Shown: positions 23,309 through 40,166, counted from the first letter of the stretch. The stretch: 64,000 bases of DNA from Octopus vulgaris (GCA_951406725.2 OX597828.1:14570001-14634000); one strand, 5' to 3'. A program made the numbers and translations. Notes: generated by a model from the sequence alone, not told the origin.

Positions 23309-24423
23309 CTACACATGTAGTCTATTTCCTTAATATATACTATTTATTTATTATTTAATTAGTTCTAGGTAAATGTTTCATCGAAAATTTAATTTAATTT
23401 AATTTTTTTCTATATGGTATGATTTAATTACATCATTGTTGAATTGCTACATGGTGGTTCTTCTCTCATTTACATATATATATATATATATATATATCAT
23501 TATATTGTTTATTGGGCTATCTTGCTAATCGCTTTGCTCAAAAGAAATATTTGTTTTATAAATGAAAAGTATTTATTCCTGTAGTTGTTGTTCTATGTGT
23601 CTGTGAGTGCGTGTGTGCGTGTGTGCGTGTGCGTGTGTGCGTGTGAGTTTGAATGTGTATGCATGTATGTATGTATGTATGTATGTATGTATGTATGTAT
23701 GTATACTTAACCATTAGGTACGTGCTAAACATAAATAATTAATTAAACACACTTGTATGATTAACAAAATCAGTGGGAAGTTGTGTTAGACAAGCTAAAG
23801 ACATCCAAATATGGAGAATGGTCGACATGGAGACTAATCCGTGGAATTTAAAGTTCTTTCTTCCAAAAACATTTTTTTTTTTTTTTTGTCTAGTCTTGTG
23901 TTACTCCGAAGTTTTGTACAAAGTAGTCTATCACATCACAGTGCCACTCAGCCTCCAGTCATGTCGGAATCCAAACCCCACAAAAGGTACCGCTTTCTCT
24001 TTCTTTCAACTTCGCTTTCTTCCTTTCTCCTTTCTTCTTCTTTTCACCTTTTCTCTTTGTAATTAACAGCTAAAGCTTTCAGATACAAAAGGTAAACGAA
24101 CGAAAAGGAAGACAGAAAGTTAAAAAAAAAATGGCAAAAAAATAATAAAAGAACGCAACAACAACAACAACAAAAGAGAAGCCATGTTTGTTAGACACAT
24201 CAAGTAGGCCCTCGAACTGAACTGAATCATCTAAAAACCGAATAACAACGAAATTGCTCAGAGATGTATTTAAGACAAGCAAGCGATGTAAGCAAGCAAG
24301 ACGCCATACATATGAATCAGCTGAAAATTCTTCGTTGGTTATACAGATGGGTTTGGTTTATTTTAGCAATTCCTGTTTTATATATCTGCTTCGCTGAAGA
24401 ATTTCCTACTTATTTTATTTTAT

Positions 24424-24490
<67 letters not shown>

Positions 24491-25068
24491 TTAATTCCTG
24501 CGGTGAAGGAACGAACGTTTTACTTCACAAACTTCTGCTGCTACGCTTCTTCCGACTGCTGAAAACTTTCTTCTTTCTTTCTATCTTTTTTATTTCATTA
24601 TTTTTTTTCTTCTTGGTATAAGATGCCGATAGGTGAAAATGATCACCATCCTCCTACCTTTCCCAACTCTATCATCACCATCATTATCACCATCACCACC
24701 TAAGCCTTGTAGATCTTTCTGGTATTTCTCTTACAATAAAAAAAATAACTTTTTACGATAAGCCTTTATTGGCACATCATTATTTCAATGTTCCTTTTGT
24801 TGTTGCTGGTGTTATTTGGCCCAAGGTCAGCCTTGACTAAGCAGACTTATGATTAAATGCGAATGCATTCCAGCCACGAACATCCTGTTTTGGAGTGAAT
24901 ATCTGGAACTACTTCCAATTGCTTAAGATGTTTGGCATGTGATTTTGAGGGATATTTTGACTGCTATTTCTTATAGGCTGAACGACTACATAGAGATTTT
25001 CCCATTAATCTGCCAAATTTGTCTTTATCGAATGAGTTAGTCAAACACAACTAATTATTATATACATT

Positions 25069-26120
<1,052 letters not shown>

Positions 26121-26724
26121 AACAGAGGATAGTAGTCGTCGCATCCAAGATGGAGCGCAAAGGTCAAAACGATGAATTGTATATAATACATTCTGGCAGA
26201 TTCGAAAGTGAAAGTACTAATTGCTGTTTCATTACAGGGAAATAACCTTCCCTTTTAAGAAGTGGTATAAATACGTAATTATAGTCTTTCGTCGGTGGTT
26301 AGAAAGCGGCCATTTTAAACCAACGTATTCACAGCAGTGGATAGTAAAGTTTGACCATGAAGTTCAATAAAAATTTGCTATATTACCACACAATTTCGAT
26401 TTTCAGAGACACTAGAGCGTCGAACAAAATGATTGTTAGCCTTCTGTCAAAATTAGCAAAAATTGTAATTATTATCGAAATATCATTATTTCTAATTCTC
26501 TGTAAAGGAGACTACATCGCCAAGCTAACATGGCAGTCCAGAAAAATAGGACGAATGCTGCCGTTGATTAGCTTCAAGAAGTCATCTCCTCAAGCTAGCT
26601 ATGTGACAAAGAAACCTGTATCCATTATAACCTTCGAAGGTTATAATGGACATAGGTTTGTATGTCCCATAACCAGCTAGAGGCGATGGCCTCTTGGTGC
26701 TAATCAACGGCAGCATTCGTCCTG

Positions 26725-26789
<65 letters not shown>

Positions 26790-26792
<3 letters not shown>

Positions 26793-27997
26793 TAGTTTTA
26801 TTTTTATAGCGTGCTTTCACTTCACTACCGAGCGCAGCTCTGAGTGCCTTGGGTATGTGCTGTGATTTGTTGTGATGCTCTGATGGTTATTGTATGGAAA
26901 GTGTTCTGAGTAGGATGTGCGCAGTGCCTAGTAGTGCAATTTTCTGTATGTTATATGTGTTTGTAATTCCTGGTGTTTTTATTATGTATTTGTCTGAATT
27001 GTTTTTATCATGCCTAATGCACCTATTATGATAGGAATTGTTTCTGTTTTTAGATTCCACATTCTGGTTACCTCTATTTCCAGGTCTTTGTATTTTGAAA
27101 GTTTCTCCATTTCTTTTAGAGACACGTTGTCATCCGCTGGTATTGATACATCAATTAGGAAACATTTTTTTCTTCATGATCTCTGACAACTATCTGGTCT
27201 GTTGGCCTTAATTTCTCTATCTGTGTGTATTGGCATATCCCAGAGTATGGTTGCTTTCTCGTTTTCTGTGACCTTTTCTTGTGTGTGCCTATACCATCTT
27301 TTTTCTGTTGTTATTTCATAATGTTGGCATAGTTTCCAGTGTATATAGGTCCCAACTCTGTTGTGTCTGTGAATATATTCCTTCTTAGCCAGGGCTGGGC
27401 AGCCAGAGATAATATGATTTATTGTTTCTTGTCCATCTCCACATATTCTGCAGTTATTTGTTATATTTCTTTTCATTACATGTTTTTGGTAATTTCTGGT
27501 GGGGAGGCTTTGATCTTGTGCTGCAATTAAAAATCCTTCTGTCTCTGCTTTGAGTCCTGAGCTTCTCAACCATTGCTGGGATTTTTCTTTGTCTATTTCT
27601 TTTGAATTTAGTTTAGTCCAATATTTGCCATGAAGGGGCTTTTCTTGCCATCGTTTTATCATGGTTCTTTGCTGTTCTAGTTTTAGTTTGGATTTCATTT
27701 GTTTTATAGCTTTTGTTGTTTCTTCATCTCCTTCTTCTTCTTCTTCATATTTGTTAGGTGGTATGATTTCTTGTTTGTATTTGTCAGCTTCCTTAAATAC
27801 TGAGAACAGTTTTTTGTTTTGCTCGTGTTTTGCCGCTATTTGTATCAGTTCGCCTTCCTTCTGAAGTAGATATTTTTGCAGTCCTATGGTGGTTATTTTA
27901 TAGTAGTTTTCCAGCTGTATAAGGCCTCTACCACCTTCTATACGTTGTATATATAGCCTTTCAATGTCAGATTTTGGGTGATGCATCCTAGATCCTG

Positions 27998-28000
<3 letters not shown>
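26790..28000 (-). mobile_element. 5'-truncated Dong/R4-clade non-LTR retrotransposon in (TAA)n
   Basis: (TTA)n on both flanks; RLE-type C-terminus; short 3' UTR. Confidence 0.9.

Positions 28001-28001
<1 letters not shown>
26887..28001 (-). pseudogene. RT thumb, CCHC knuckle and restriction-like endonuclease (frameshift near 27190)
   Basis: RLYI...EGGRGL; AAQDQSLPTRNY; CRICG...ETINHIISGC; RHNRV; NRPD / LIDVSIP...KLSKYKDL...IGALG. Confidence 0.9.
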
Positions 28002-28093
<92 letters not shown>

Positions 28094-28149
28094 GTAGTTG
28101 TTGTTGTTGTTATTATTATTATTATTTGTTGTTGTTGTTGTTGTTGTTA

Positions 28150-28224
<75 letters not shown>

Positions 28225-28225
<1 letters not shown>

Positions 28226-28427
28226 GGTGACGAACTGGCAGGATCGTTAGCACGCAAGGCAAACATGTCCTCGGGCTTTACGTTCCTAGTTCAAATACTG
28301 CCGAAGTCGACTTTGCCTTTCGTTCATTTGGGGTTAATAAAGTAAGTACCAGTTGAGTACTGGGGTCGATGTAATCGTCTGCCCTCTTCACCCGAAATCG
28401 CTGGCCCTGTACCAAAATTTGAAATCA
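28225..28427 (+). mobile_element. SINE B, old copy
   Basis: Head and body match. Confidence 0.75.
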
Positions 28428-28925
28428 TTATTACATATATTATGGTGGTGGTGTAGGTGGTGGTGGTGGTGGTGGTGGTGAGATGACTACGGTGTTGGCG
28501 CTGATGATTTGGCGGTGGTAGTGTGGTATCGATAATGTCGCTCGTCATGGTGATGATGATCATGATGAAAATACAGTAAGGCAGCAGTAATTAACAAATC
28601 TCCATACAAAAATAAAAGAAAAAAGAAAAAGAAACCGTTTCTTGTTTTTATTCTCTCTGGATGGTTACTTCCCTTGATAAACTGTTATTCTAACATTCTA
28701 ACATTCTTCACGTATGATGGAAAGTTTTGGTGCAGGTGAAATATCACTCCAGTATGTATACGCATGGGCGTGACGCATACATGCACTGACACTCACACCT
28801 GTGTATATGGGTTTGTGTATGCATATACGTGTACATGTGTCTATGTATAAACAAATACACACACATATGCACACACACACACACACATAAACACACACGC
28901 ACACACTCAAACACACATAAGCATG

Positions 28926-28964
<39 letters not shown>

Positions 28965-29029
28965 AGAGAGAGAGATGGGGAGAGGAAGTGGAGGAGATAA
29001 ACAGACAAGTAGACAGGTGAATAGATAGA

Positions 29030-29040
29030 CAGATAGACAA

Positions 29041-29104
<64 letters not shown>

Positions 29105-29355
29105 GTAGGTAGGTAGATAGATAGATATGTTTCTTTATTAGCCACACAGGGCTGCACACAGACAGGACAAAATTACAAGGTAGAGCTTTTCTTTTGGGGG
29201 TAAAAGAAGGGGGCTTGGTTTTCGATCAAAAGGGATCGTAAATGGAAAGAAAGAGGACAAAAAGGGGGGGATAAAATAAAATTTAAAAAAAAAGATACAT
29301 ACATACATACATACGTAGGTAGGTAGGTAGGTAGGTAGGTAGGTAGGTAGGTAGG

Positions 29356-29443
<88 letters not shown>

Positions 29444-29492
29444 AAGACAGGCAGACAGGCAGGCAAGCAGACAGACAGACAGACAGACAGAC

Positions 29493-29581
<89 letters not shown>

Positions 29582-29640
29582 TATAGATAGATAGATAGAT
29601 AAACAGGCAGACAGGCAGAAAGACAGACAGACAGATACAC
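29030..29640. repeat. (GATA)n/(GGTA)n/(GACA)n compound tract with a retroposon 3' fragment (29128-29290, minus)
   Basis: Fragment ends ccctgtgtggctaataaagaaa, resembling the young SINE B tail. Confidence 0.75.
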
Positions 29641-30065
29641 AGAGAGGATGAGGTGGGGAGATAGATTACTGGACTTGCATATTTCTTTTATGTTGATAAT
29701 GGTATAGAATAGCTTAAATGTTGTTAATGATAATAAGTAATTAAGACAACAGATGTGTGTGTATGTGTGTGTGTGTGTGTGTAAACGAACATTCATAGAC
29801 ATGAATATAAACGCTCGTATGTATGTATGTGTGTGCGTGTATGTAGGTATCAGGTATGTATGTATATTTACACATACATACATGTACAGCTACGCACATA
29901 CATATATACTCATCTATTCGACTATATTGTTCCCCATCTTCCTTTCCGGGTCACTTTTCTTTCCTTATCCTACATAATAATGCGATACACAAACTCTGCG
30001 CCTACGTATGTTCAAGTAGTAACCATTTTGGGGTCTACTGCCCTATTACATTATTAGAATGTATA

Positions 30066-30246
30066 CTCTTTACTCTTTTACTTGTTTCAGTCATTTGACT
30101 GCGGCCATGCTGGAGCACCGCCTTTAGTCGAGCAATTCGACCCCATAGCTTATTCTTTGTAAGCCTAGTACTTATTCTATCGGTCTCTTTTGCCGAACCG
30201 CTAAGTTACAGGGACGTAAACACACCAGTATCGGTTGTCAAGCGAT
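30066..30246 (-). mobile_element. SINE A tail fragment
   Basis: Tail match. Confidence 0.85.
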
Positions 30247-30666
30247 CATCACATTCTGTTAAAATGTCTTATTGATGTGTTTGGTTTCTTTTTTTTTCCC
30301 TGAATAGAAGATTGCATTGTTTTACACCATTTTATTCTCTCTGGAATAATACCACTGTTTTCTAAGAAACATATGTTGGAAGTAAAAAGGTCTGAATAAC
30401 ACCTGCGTTTAACTCCATTTATTTATTTATCTATGTCATACAAAAACATTTCACCTAAACCTGGAGTTTCTACCTTTATAATTAGGCTGTTAAATCCTTG
30501 GTACTTGTGTGAATTTTTCCTACTCTGATAACTATTTTTTTTTTCCGTGTTATTTGTAAACATTGAAAACACACACACACACATATATATATAATATATA
30601 TAAATATATACATGTATACATACATATATGTACATACCTTCATATATATGTATATATACATGCATA

Positions 30667-31167
30667 TATATCAGTATAGGACATCAAAAAAACGTTGAAC
30701 ACAATGAGAAACGAAAACAAAAATAAAAACATAGAAACGAACTTTTTTTCGAACAACGAAAAAAAACAGAGAAACGAGATATGCAACATAAAGAATATTC
30801 CTCTTCTTCAATTGTCCCTGTTTCAACTACTAAACGTTTCGAAGGTAAGGACAAGACGCGACTTCGTTGAAACAGTCCTTACTGCAAAGCAAATTAAAAA
30901 AGAATTTGGAATTTTTTGCCGAGGGTGAAATTGGTAACAAGAACAGGACAGTAAGGACAAAGCACTGCTGTGGCAATTGCATTGTTTTGTCTTGCGGTAC
31001 GAACAGTTGCCCCATCTGGCTGGAACCATGAGTGAGGTCTAGTTTGAATGGATTTTTTCTTGTGGGGATACTTGAAACAGAGGATTTTGTATCAAAATTT
31101 TATGCATTTTTTTGTAAACTTAAGGAAGTTATTAAAAATTCATATCCATCAGTAACTTTTGGGACAC

Positions 31168-31170
<3 letters not shown>
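30667..31170 (-). mobile_element. Probable PLE-like non-coding element with a hammerhead 3' half
   Basis: TA-flanked; stems ctgtttcaac/gttgaaacag and gaag/cttc followed by GAAACGTT. Confidence 0.4.
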
Positions 31171-31900
<730 letters not shown>

Positions 31901-33094
31901 ATACATACATACATACATACATACATACATACATACATACATACATACATACATACATACATACATAAATTATTAAGGTGGCTTATTCACAATTTACAGC
32001 CAAACGGCACAGTATAGACGTCACTAAGGTGACCAAGGGTGCTAGACAGCCCCAACATTGCTAGAAATAAGAGTCAGAACAACTCTTAGCCTCGGGGAAG
32101 CACTTATCAAATGACTGACAAGGGAGACAAGCTCCCTACAGCAAGCGAGACGGAGCTGGATCATTGATGATTTCAGATGTAGTTGTAATACCAATTCAGG
32201 TTACCCAAAACGCATAACCGGATTACATTCTGAGTTTTATAAATCTTCCTTTAAACATCTGGGTTTTTTTTTTGTTTATGCATTTTCCCCCTACACCTTA
32301 GTAACATACATATTTCTAACACTAAACCAGATTCCCAAACTCATACCATCTTATTATAATTTAGTAATCTACCTAGCACTCTTATTTACATTGTATTTAA
32401 ATTCCAAGTTACTCTCCCTTCCCTGCTTCTTTTTCTCTGTTGTAGCACTATTTTTCTACGTCTTTTGCTTTCGTACAAAATTTCTACTAACCATAACATA
32501 TAGTATTACTCTATATATATATATGAGTGCTTGTGTGTATGTATGTGTTATCTGACAAATTTATAGCAGTAGACTTCTAAGAGCAGTATAAATAACACCA
32601 ATTTACCTGACAAAACAGTATTTACACAAATCTTCATTGTATACAAAAAAAAAAAAGTTCGGAATCTAGGTTTAATTCTCTTGATTCCATTTGTCACAGA
32701 CTCAAACACTCTTCGTTTATCATGATTTGTATGCCACCTGCGTTTTAAATATCTTAATAAAAATGGATCTTCATCGCTTTCGACGATGGGTGCTCGTTTG
32801 TTCGATCGACTGAAGTATCCTTTCGTTGTATTAGCATCTATGTGCCTTGAGTTAGATTGCAACAGAAATGGTGTGACAGAAGGTGACAAGTCAGGAATTT
32901 TTTATGAACTCCAACGAGTTCCGAAACAGTTTCCGTCCATCCAGTTTTTCCCTTACAAGGCTTGAGTCAACCTAAGGCAATGGCGCATGATGCTTGCCCA
33001 AGATCTCACGTATTGGTATCGAAACCAGAAACATGTGATGGCGAAACGAAATTCACAGTTTTTCTGCCATAGTTATTTGAATTACAGGCATTTT

Positions 33095-33494
33095 TAATTG
33101 ACCAAAAAACGCACAACTGATACATTATAATTTACACAATCCTAGCAATCCTTTTTGTTATAGGCTCAAGGCTTGAAATTTTAAAGGAGGGTCCAAGTTG
33201 ATTAACATTCACCCCAGTACTCGACAGGTGCTTATTGTTATGTAAGACCCTTAGAAAAAAACTTTAAGAGATTTATTAACGTATCTTACATAGGTAATTG
33301 ACCAAGAGACACACTACTGATACACTATAATTTACACATTCTTAGGAATCCCTTCTGTTATAGGCACAAGGCCTGAAATTTTGTGTGGCGGGTGGTTTAG
33401 TCAAGTACAATCACCCCAGTGTTCAAATGGTGCTTATTGTTATGTAAGACCCATAGAAAAATTTTAAGAGATTCATTAACGTATATTGCATATG
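33095..33494. repeat. Old ~200-bp tandem duplication containing a SINE B tail
   Basis: taattgacca...attaacgtat repeated with divergence. Confidence 0.8.
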
Positions 33495-34323
33495 TCTCCA
33501 AAACAAGAGGATTCGCCCCTTGTATAGTTTATAGACAGTTCTATGCTTGTTTACAGATAACACTTCCCTTCATAAATGTCTGCCAGTCCCCCTTTCTCTT
33601 TCAGGAATCCCCCGCGTATAACCACGAGACTTACTTGAGTTTGATATTCATTGCATAACATTAATAACGCATAACTCAAATTTAATCAGTGGTACAACAC
33701 TAAAGTGACGAATATTAAAAAACGATTTTAAGATACAAATCGGTAACTTAATACAATTATCACATTTATTTTATCAATCCCGAAAGAATGAAAAGCAAAG
33801 TCGACCTTGGCGGAACTTAAACTCAGAAGGTACAAACAGACGACATGCTATTAAGCATTTAGTCGTGCATGATAACGATTCTGCCAGCCCACCGCCTTCA
33901 CACACAGTTCCATCAATAATAATAAAAAATGCAAACCTGTTTTAAAGCGATTTATGCTTCTGGTTAAAAATAATACTGCACCAAAATGATTTTAAATTCT
34001 ATTAGAGTTGTGTTCCTTCCTTACACCGTGTGAGACTATTAATTGTTCATGTACATAACGTATGGAAGTTCCCGAGTTAATATAGCGTATATATATACAC
34101 ATTTCACATAACAGTTTCCAAAATTAATTTCTCTTCTTTCCACCACCCTTTTCTATATATATATATATACTCACATATTTCTCTGAACTTCTGTTTACTC
34201 AGAATACTTTTTATTTGTTTGTCTCATAGTCCGATACTCCGACGATTCGCAAAAATGAAACGATAGTTTTCTTAAGTAATTAACCTCCAGCTGAAATAAT
34301 ATATAATCATATATGTCAGCGTG

Positions 34324-34377
<54 letters not shown>

Positions 34378-35188
34378 GTGTGCATAAATATATACGGGAA
34401 TATATACATGCAGAACACATGTTAAACGTAATATGTACAGATATGCAACTGTTCTTATATATTCTTATATATGCCTCTGATTGTATACACACAGGTATAC
34501 ACACACGCGCACGCGCACACACACACACACATACATACACTCACACACGCACATATATAAATATAGAAATGAAATTGTGCAGCTATGCAACAGAGACAGG
34601 TACACATGAAACTCGATATGAATTCCAGCCTAGACCTGCCAAAAAACTTTGTTTTTATATATTTATTTATTTATTTATACATTCGTTTTTTTTTTTTTTC
34701 TCTCTCTCTTTATTCTTATATTTACAACAGCGACACGTAGTGGCCTCACTCCTTCAACGTGGCTGAACATTTTTAGCAAACACGTCGATAGGTTACGAGT
34801 AATAACTCTAATAAGTTGCACAGTTCTTTATAATTTATAAGCCGTGCACATTTGTCGCAAGACAAACAGTTGTTATTCAAACGTACACCCACACAAGAAG
34901 AGATCAGATCAGAGAAGAGCAGAGCAGAGTAGCAGTTAGCTTGGTTTTTTTATTTTTTTATTTTTACTTGTTCTTTTTGGGTTTGCTTTTTATTTTGTCT
35001 TTTTTTTTTTTCTTTTCTACCTGGAAATGTTTTATCATTGATATATGAACAACAACAAGAACGATAGCAGCAGATTGTACGAAGACAGAGATGCTCTTGA
35101 CAGATGCACAAATACCATTGTTTGCTCACATGGTAACTGCAGTGTGTACACACGCGCGCACGCACACACATTTATGTGTATGTGTGTG

Positions 35189-35253
<65 letters not shown>

Positions 35254-35370
35254 ACATATACATATATGTATATATACAGATGGATAGATAAATAAATACA
35301 CACATATATGTACATATTTATACATTTGTGTGTGCATACATATATATGTATGTATATTTATGTATGTATG

Positions 35371-35405
<35 letters not shown>

Positions 35406-35496
35406 ATAGATATGTATGCACACACACACACACATGTATAAATATGTACATATATATGTGTATCTATCTATCTACCTATCTATCTATCTACCTGTT

Positions 35497-35592
<96 letters not shown>

Positions 35593-35711
35593 GGAGTAAA
35601 CACATAAATGTGAAACAAGGTGGAAAAAAGAGTACTCAAATACCAGAGGTTGAGTAATATGCTTTATTTAAAAGCAACAGAAATTCAAATTTCTGCTGCT
35701 TTTAAATAAAG

Positions 35712-35768
<57 letters not shown>

Positions 35769-35771
<3 letters not shown>

Positions 35772-36117
35772 AAAGACTCCAACTTTGCCATCAAAATATA
35801 GGACAAGATATTGCAACAGCCTGAGCTTTAAAGGCTTACAGCTCTTCAATATCCTCCCGAAGGACTTGAGATAGCTACATGTGGTGGATGTAAGTGTCTT
35901 CAAAGCGAAATTAGATCTCTTACTGTCAATTGTCCCAGAGGAACCAACTTCACAGCAGGAAGTGCAAATGAGTGCAGCGGCATCAAACTCCTACATGCAC
36001 CAAACGTCGATTTCTAAAAAGAAATAGTGAAGTAAAATAATGTAGGAACACCAAATGGTGGTGCCCCAGCGTGGCCTCAGATCATGAGCTGAAACTAGAT
36101 CAAATCAAATCAAATCA
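35769..36117 (+). mobile_element. CR1-type LINE 3' end (ORF2 C-terminus, 3' UTR, (atcaa)n)
   Basis: NSLSFKGLQLFNILPKDLR*...FKAKLDLLLSIVPEEP...AAASNS; a further short 3' fragment at 56920-56978. Confidence 0.8.
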
Positions 36118-36120
36118 TAT

Positions 36121-36616
<496 letters not shown>

Positions 36617-36734
36617 ATATATATGTATATATTAAACGAAGACTGGAATTTGTAGTATTATTTTTAATGTGTGTGTAAATACATGTATGCATATATATAT
36701 ATATATATATTTACTTGATTGAGTTTGTTTGAGT

Positions 36735-36926
36735 TTAATTTAATTTAATCAGGCTGGTTTACCATTAAAAAACGCCGAAACAATGCATTGTCTAAAGAAG
36801 AACAGGGTAAATGTTTTTTTAATTTTTCCTTTGATTTCGGAATTACTACTATTTGCGGTTGGAGCCCTGGCTGCTATTTCTAGTGGGTTGAATGGCCTAT
36901 TGTAGTCGTTCCTCAATTGTTGTTGA

Positions 36927-36927
<1 letters not shown>
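36735..36927 (+). mobile_element. Diverged, 5'-truncated relative of the 492-bp hammerhead unit
   Basis: Aligns to about 6558-6745; retains GAAAC-AATGCATT-GTC; ends at the same point before (TA)n. Confidence 0.8.
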
Positions 36928-36964
<37 letters not shown>

Positions 36965-37278
36965 GTATGTATGCATGTATGTATGCATGCATGCATGTAT
37001 GTATGTATGTATGTATGTATGTATGCATGTATGTATGTATTTGTATGCATGTATATATATGTATTTATACACACACACACATACATGCAGACATATATAC
37101 ATACATATATACATAGAAACATATGCATGACTTAGCTATGGCGACACTAATAACCGGTTGTTGGAATTCAATAGGCTCATATTTCACAGTAAACCAGTTC
37201 GTCAGTACAGAGCATAAGGACATAATATTAATTAATAAATGAATGACAAATGAACAAGCGCTACGTAATCACTTTCAC

Positions 37279-37364
37279 TGACTTGCAGCTGTTTCTGCCA
37301 TAAGGAACCTTACACCAGAGCTGAGTGTCAGTGTGACATCTTACATATAGCTTCCTCAGAGACA
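37279..37364 (-). ncRNA. Degenerate type I hammerhead with long stem II
   Basis: tgtct-CTGAGGA-a-gctata...tatggc-a-GAAACAGCTGCA-agtca; U16.1 changed to C. Confidence 0.55.
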
Positions 37365-37442
37365 CCCACCCAACCATCCATACCCATCCACAAATATGTA
37401 TCACCACTCACATACACACACGCACCCAATAACCCCCCTCCG

Positions 37443-37474
<32 letters not shown>

Positions 37475-37529
37475 TACATATATATAAATATATACACACG
37501 CATATATACATACATACATATATATATAT

Positions 37530-37607
<78 letters not shown>

Positions 37608-37609
37608 AT

Positions 37610-37952
37610 AGGCGCAGGAGTGGCTGTGTGGTAAGTAGCTTGCTTACCAACCACATGGTTCCGGGTTCAGTCTCACTGCGTGGCACCTTGGGAAAGTGTC
37701 TTTTACTACAGCCTCAAGCCGACCGAAGCCTTGTAAGTGGATTTGGTAGAGGAAACTGAAAGAAGCCCGTCGTATATATGTATATATATATGTGTGTGTG
37801 TGTATGTTTGTGCGTCTGTGTTTGTCTCCCAACATCGCTTGACAACCGATGCTGGTGTGTTTACGTCCTCGTAACTTAGCGGTTCGTCAAAAGAGATCGT
37901 TAGAATAAATACTAGGCTTACAAAGAGTAAGTCCTGGGGTCGATTTGCTCAA

Positions 37953-37955
<3 letters not shown>
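37610..37955 (+). mobile_element. SINE A, 3' end missing
   Basis: Stops at the (TA)n preceding the inverted-repeat element. Confidence 0.85.
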
Positions 37956-37993
<38 letters not shown>

Positions 37994-37998
37994 GAAGG

Positions 37999-38049
37999 AG
38001 CTTCTACAGGACTAGTACTGTTTCATTCAAGAGAAATCTTCAGGAAGCT
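37999..38049 (-). ncRNA. Type I hammerhead, inverted copy
   Basis: Reverse complement of 40033-40083. Confidence 0.75.
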
Positions 38050-38442
38050 ATTTAACAAGAATTGTATTAGCATTTATACATTTAGGCAGGTTTAAAGGAG
38101 TGGTGGTGGGGGACTTTTTGGGGGTAGGCATAGCGCAAAATATCATACTTGGGGGAGTGGTCAAGGAGTCAGTGGTAAGTTAGATGAAAGAATAGATAAA
38201 TAAAGAAATAAAAAAATAAAAATAAAAAAATAAAAAAAATAAAAAAAATAAAATAAAAAAATAAAAAAATAAGAAATATAAAAAATATATATAAAAAAAT
38301 ATATATATAAAATATATATATAAAAAAATATATATATAAAAAAAGGGGGGATAGAGTTATAGGTAAATAAGGAGATTCTCACTTATACCTATACACACAT
38401 GTATACGTATCTACACACACATACATACATACACATATATAT

Positions 38443-38485
<43 letters not shown>

Positions 38486-38940
38486 CCTACACATACACAC
38501 ATACATACATACAAATATACATATACATATATATATATATACAATCCAATACAGGCCCATTCCCTAATTTTAATTTTATTATCTTCATTTATTACTTTTG
38601 TTATCTTTGATCGCTAGGGCTAAGAATCCTGGCAATGGCTGCATGTCCATTTGTCTGTCTACTAGAAGGCAAGTACTCATTCCCGCACGCACACTCATTA
38701 GCACGTACATTCACCCATTCGTACACTCATACACATACACGTACGCACGCGTTATATTCATACATACAAACATCTACATACGTTCACGTATATACACATA
38801 CGTACTCGTACCTACAGATTCGTGTCTACACTTTAGGAGGCTAGTCTATACATATACACCAATAAATATACATATATATATATATATACCCGCATATACA
38901 TACACACACACACATATATACTCCTACATACAGATACATA

Positions 38941-38996
<56 letters not shown>

Positions 38997-39490
38997 TACA
39001 TACACATATACACATACATATACACACACATACATACACATATATATACATACACAAACATATATACACACATATATATATACATACACACATACACACA
39101 TACATACGTATACATACATACATACATCCATGCATCCATACTTACATGCATTTATACGCATACACACACCCATCTATATATATGTATATATATATATATA
39201 TATATATACACACTCACACATACATATACAAATCTACGCACACACATACATACATACACGTATACGCATACACGCACATACACATATACATGCGTACCCA
39301 TACACGTGCACACACGCACGCGCATCCATATATATACACACACACACATATATATACACGTGTGCAAGCATACATACATACTCATACGCGCACACATACT
39401 TACAAATACATATATGCACACACTTACACACATATATATACATACACATATACATGCATACATACATATATGCATACATACACACACTCA

Positions 39491-39538
<48 letters not shown>

Positions 39539-39589
39539 TAGACATATATACACATACATACACATACACATACATACACACATATACAC

Positions 39590-39624
<35 letters not shown>

Positions 39625-39829
39625 TACATATATACACATATACATACATATACATACACACACACATACATATATACATATACACTGATACACATACCCA
39701 TACATACACATGCATATATTTATATCACTACATACTCACATATATAAACATATATACATATACACACATACATATATACATGTACATACACATACGTATG
39801 CATATATATATATATACATATATATACAC

Positions 39830-39868
<39 letters not shown>

Positions 39869-40032
39869 TACATATACATTTATTTATCTATTCTTTCATC
39901 TAACTTACCACTGACTCCTTGACCACTCCCCCAAGTATGATATTTTGCGCTATGCCTACCCCAAAAAGTCCCCCACCACCACTCCTTTAAACCTGCCTAA
40001 ATGTATAAATGCTAATACAATTCTTGTTAAAT

Positions 40033-40083
40033 AGCTTCCTGAAGATTTCTCTTGAATGAAACAGTACTAGTCCTGTAGAAGCT
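40033..40083 (+). ncRNA. Type I hammerhead ribozyme
   Basis: agcttc-CTGAAGA-t-ttc(tctt)gaa-t-GAAACAG(tactagtc)CTGTA-gaagct; predicted cut after 40077; U.U at 10.1/11.1. Confidence 0.75.
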
Positions 40084-40166
40084 CCTTCTATATAATAAAT
40101 TAATTTTACTCTGCTATGTATTGAGTACCTTACTTACTGTGGTTAACCCCGAATCAACCCGGGACC

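Noticed and set aside
32548-32889. ORF with dibasic sites resembling a neuropeptide precursor (DPFLLRYLKRR)
   Set aside because: No signal peptide, amidation glycine, repeated peptide or clear splice acceptor
37160-37212. Minus-strand CTGACGA...GAAA
   Set aside because: No stem I partner
38598-39914. 438-aa ORF rich in Y/I/H/T
   Set aside because: Translation of TA/CA low-complexity DNA that lacks stops by composition; the same applies to most ORFs in the track
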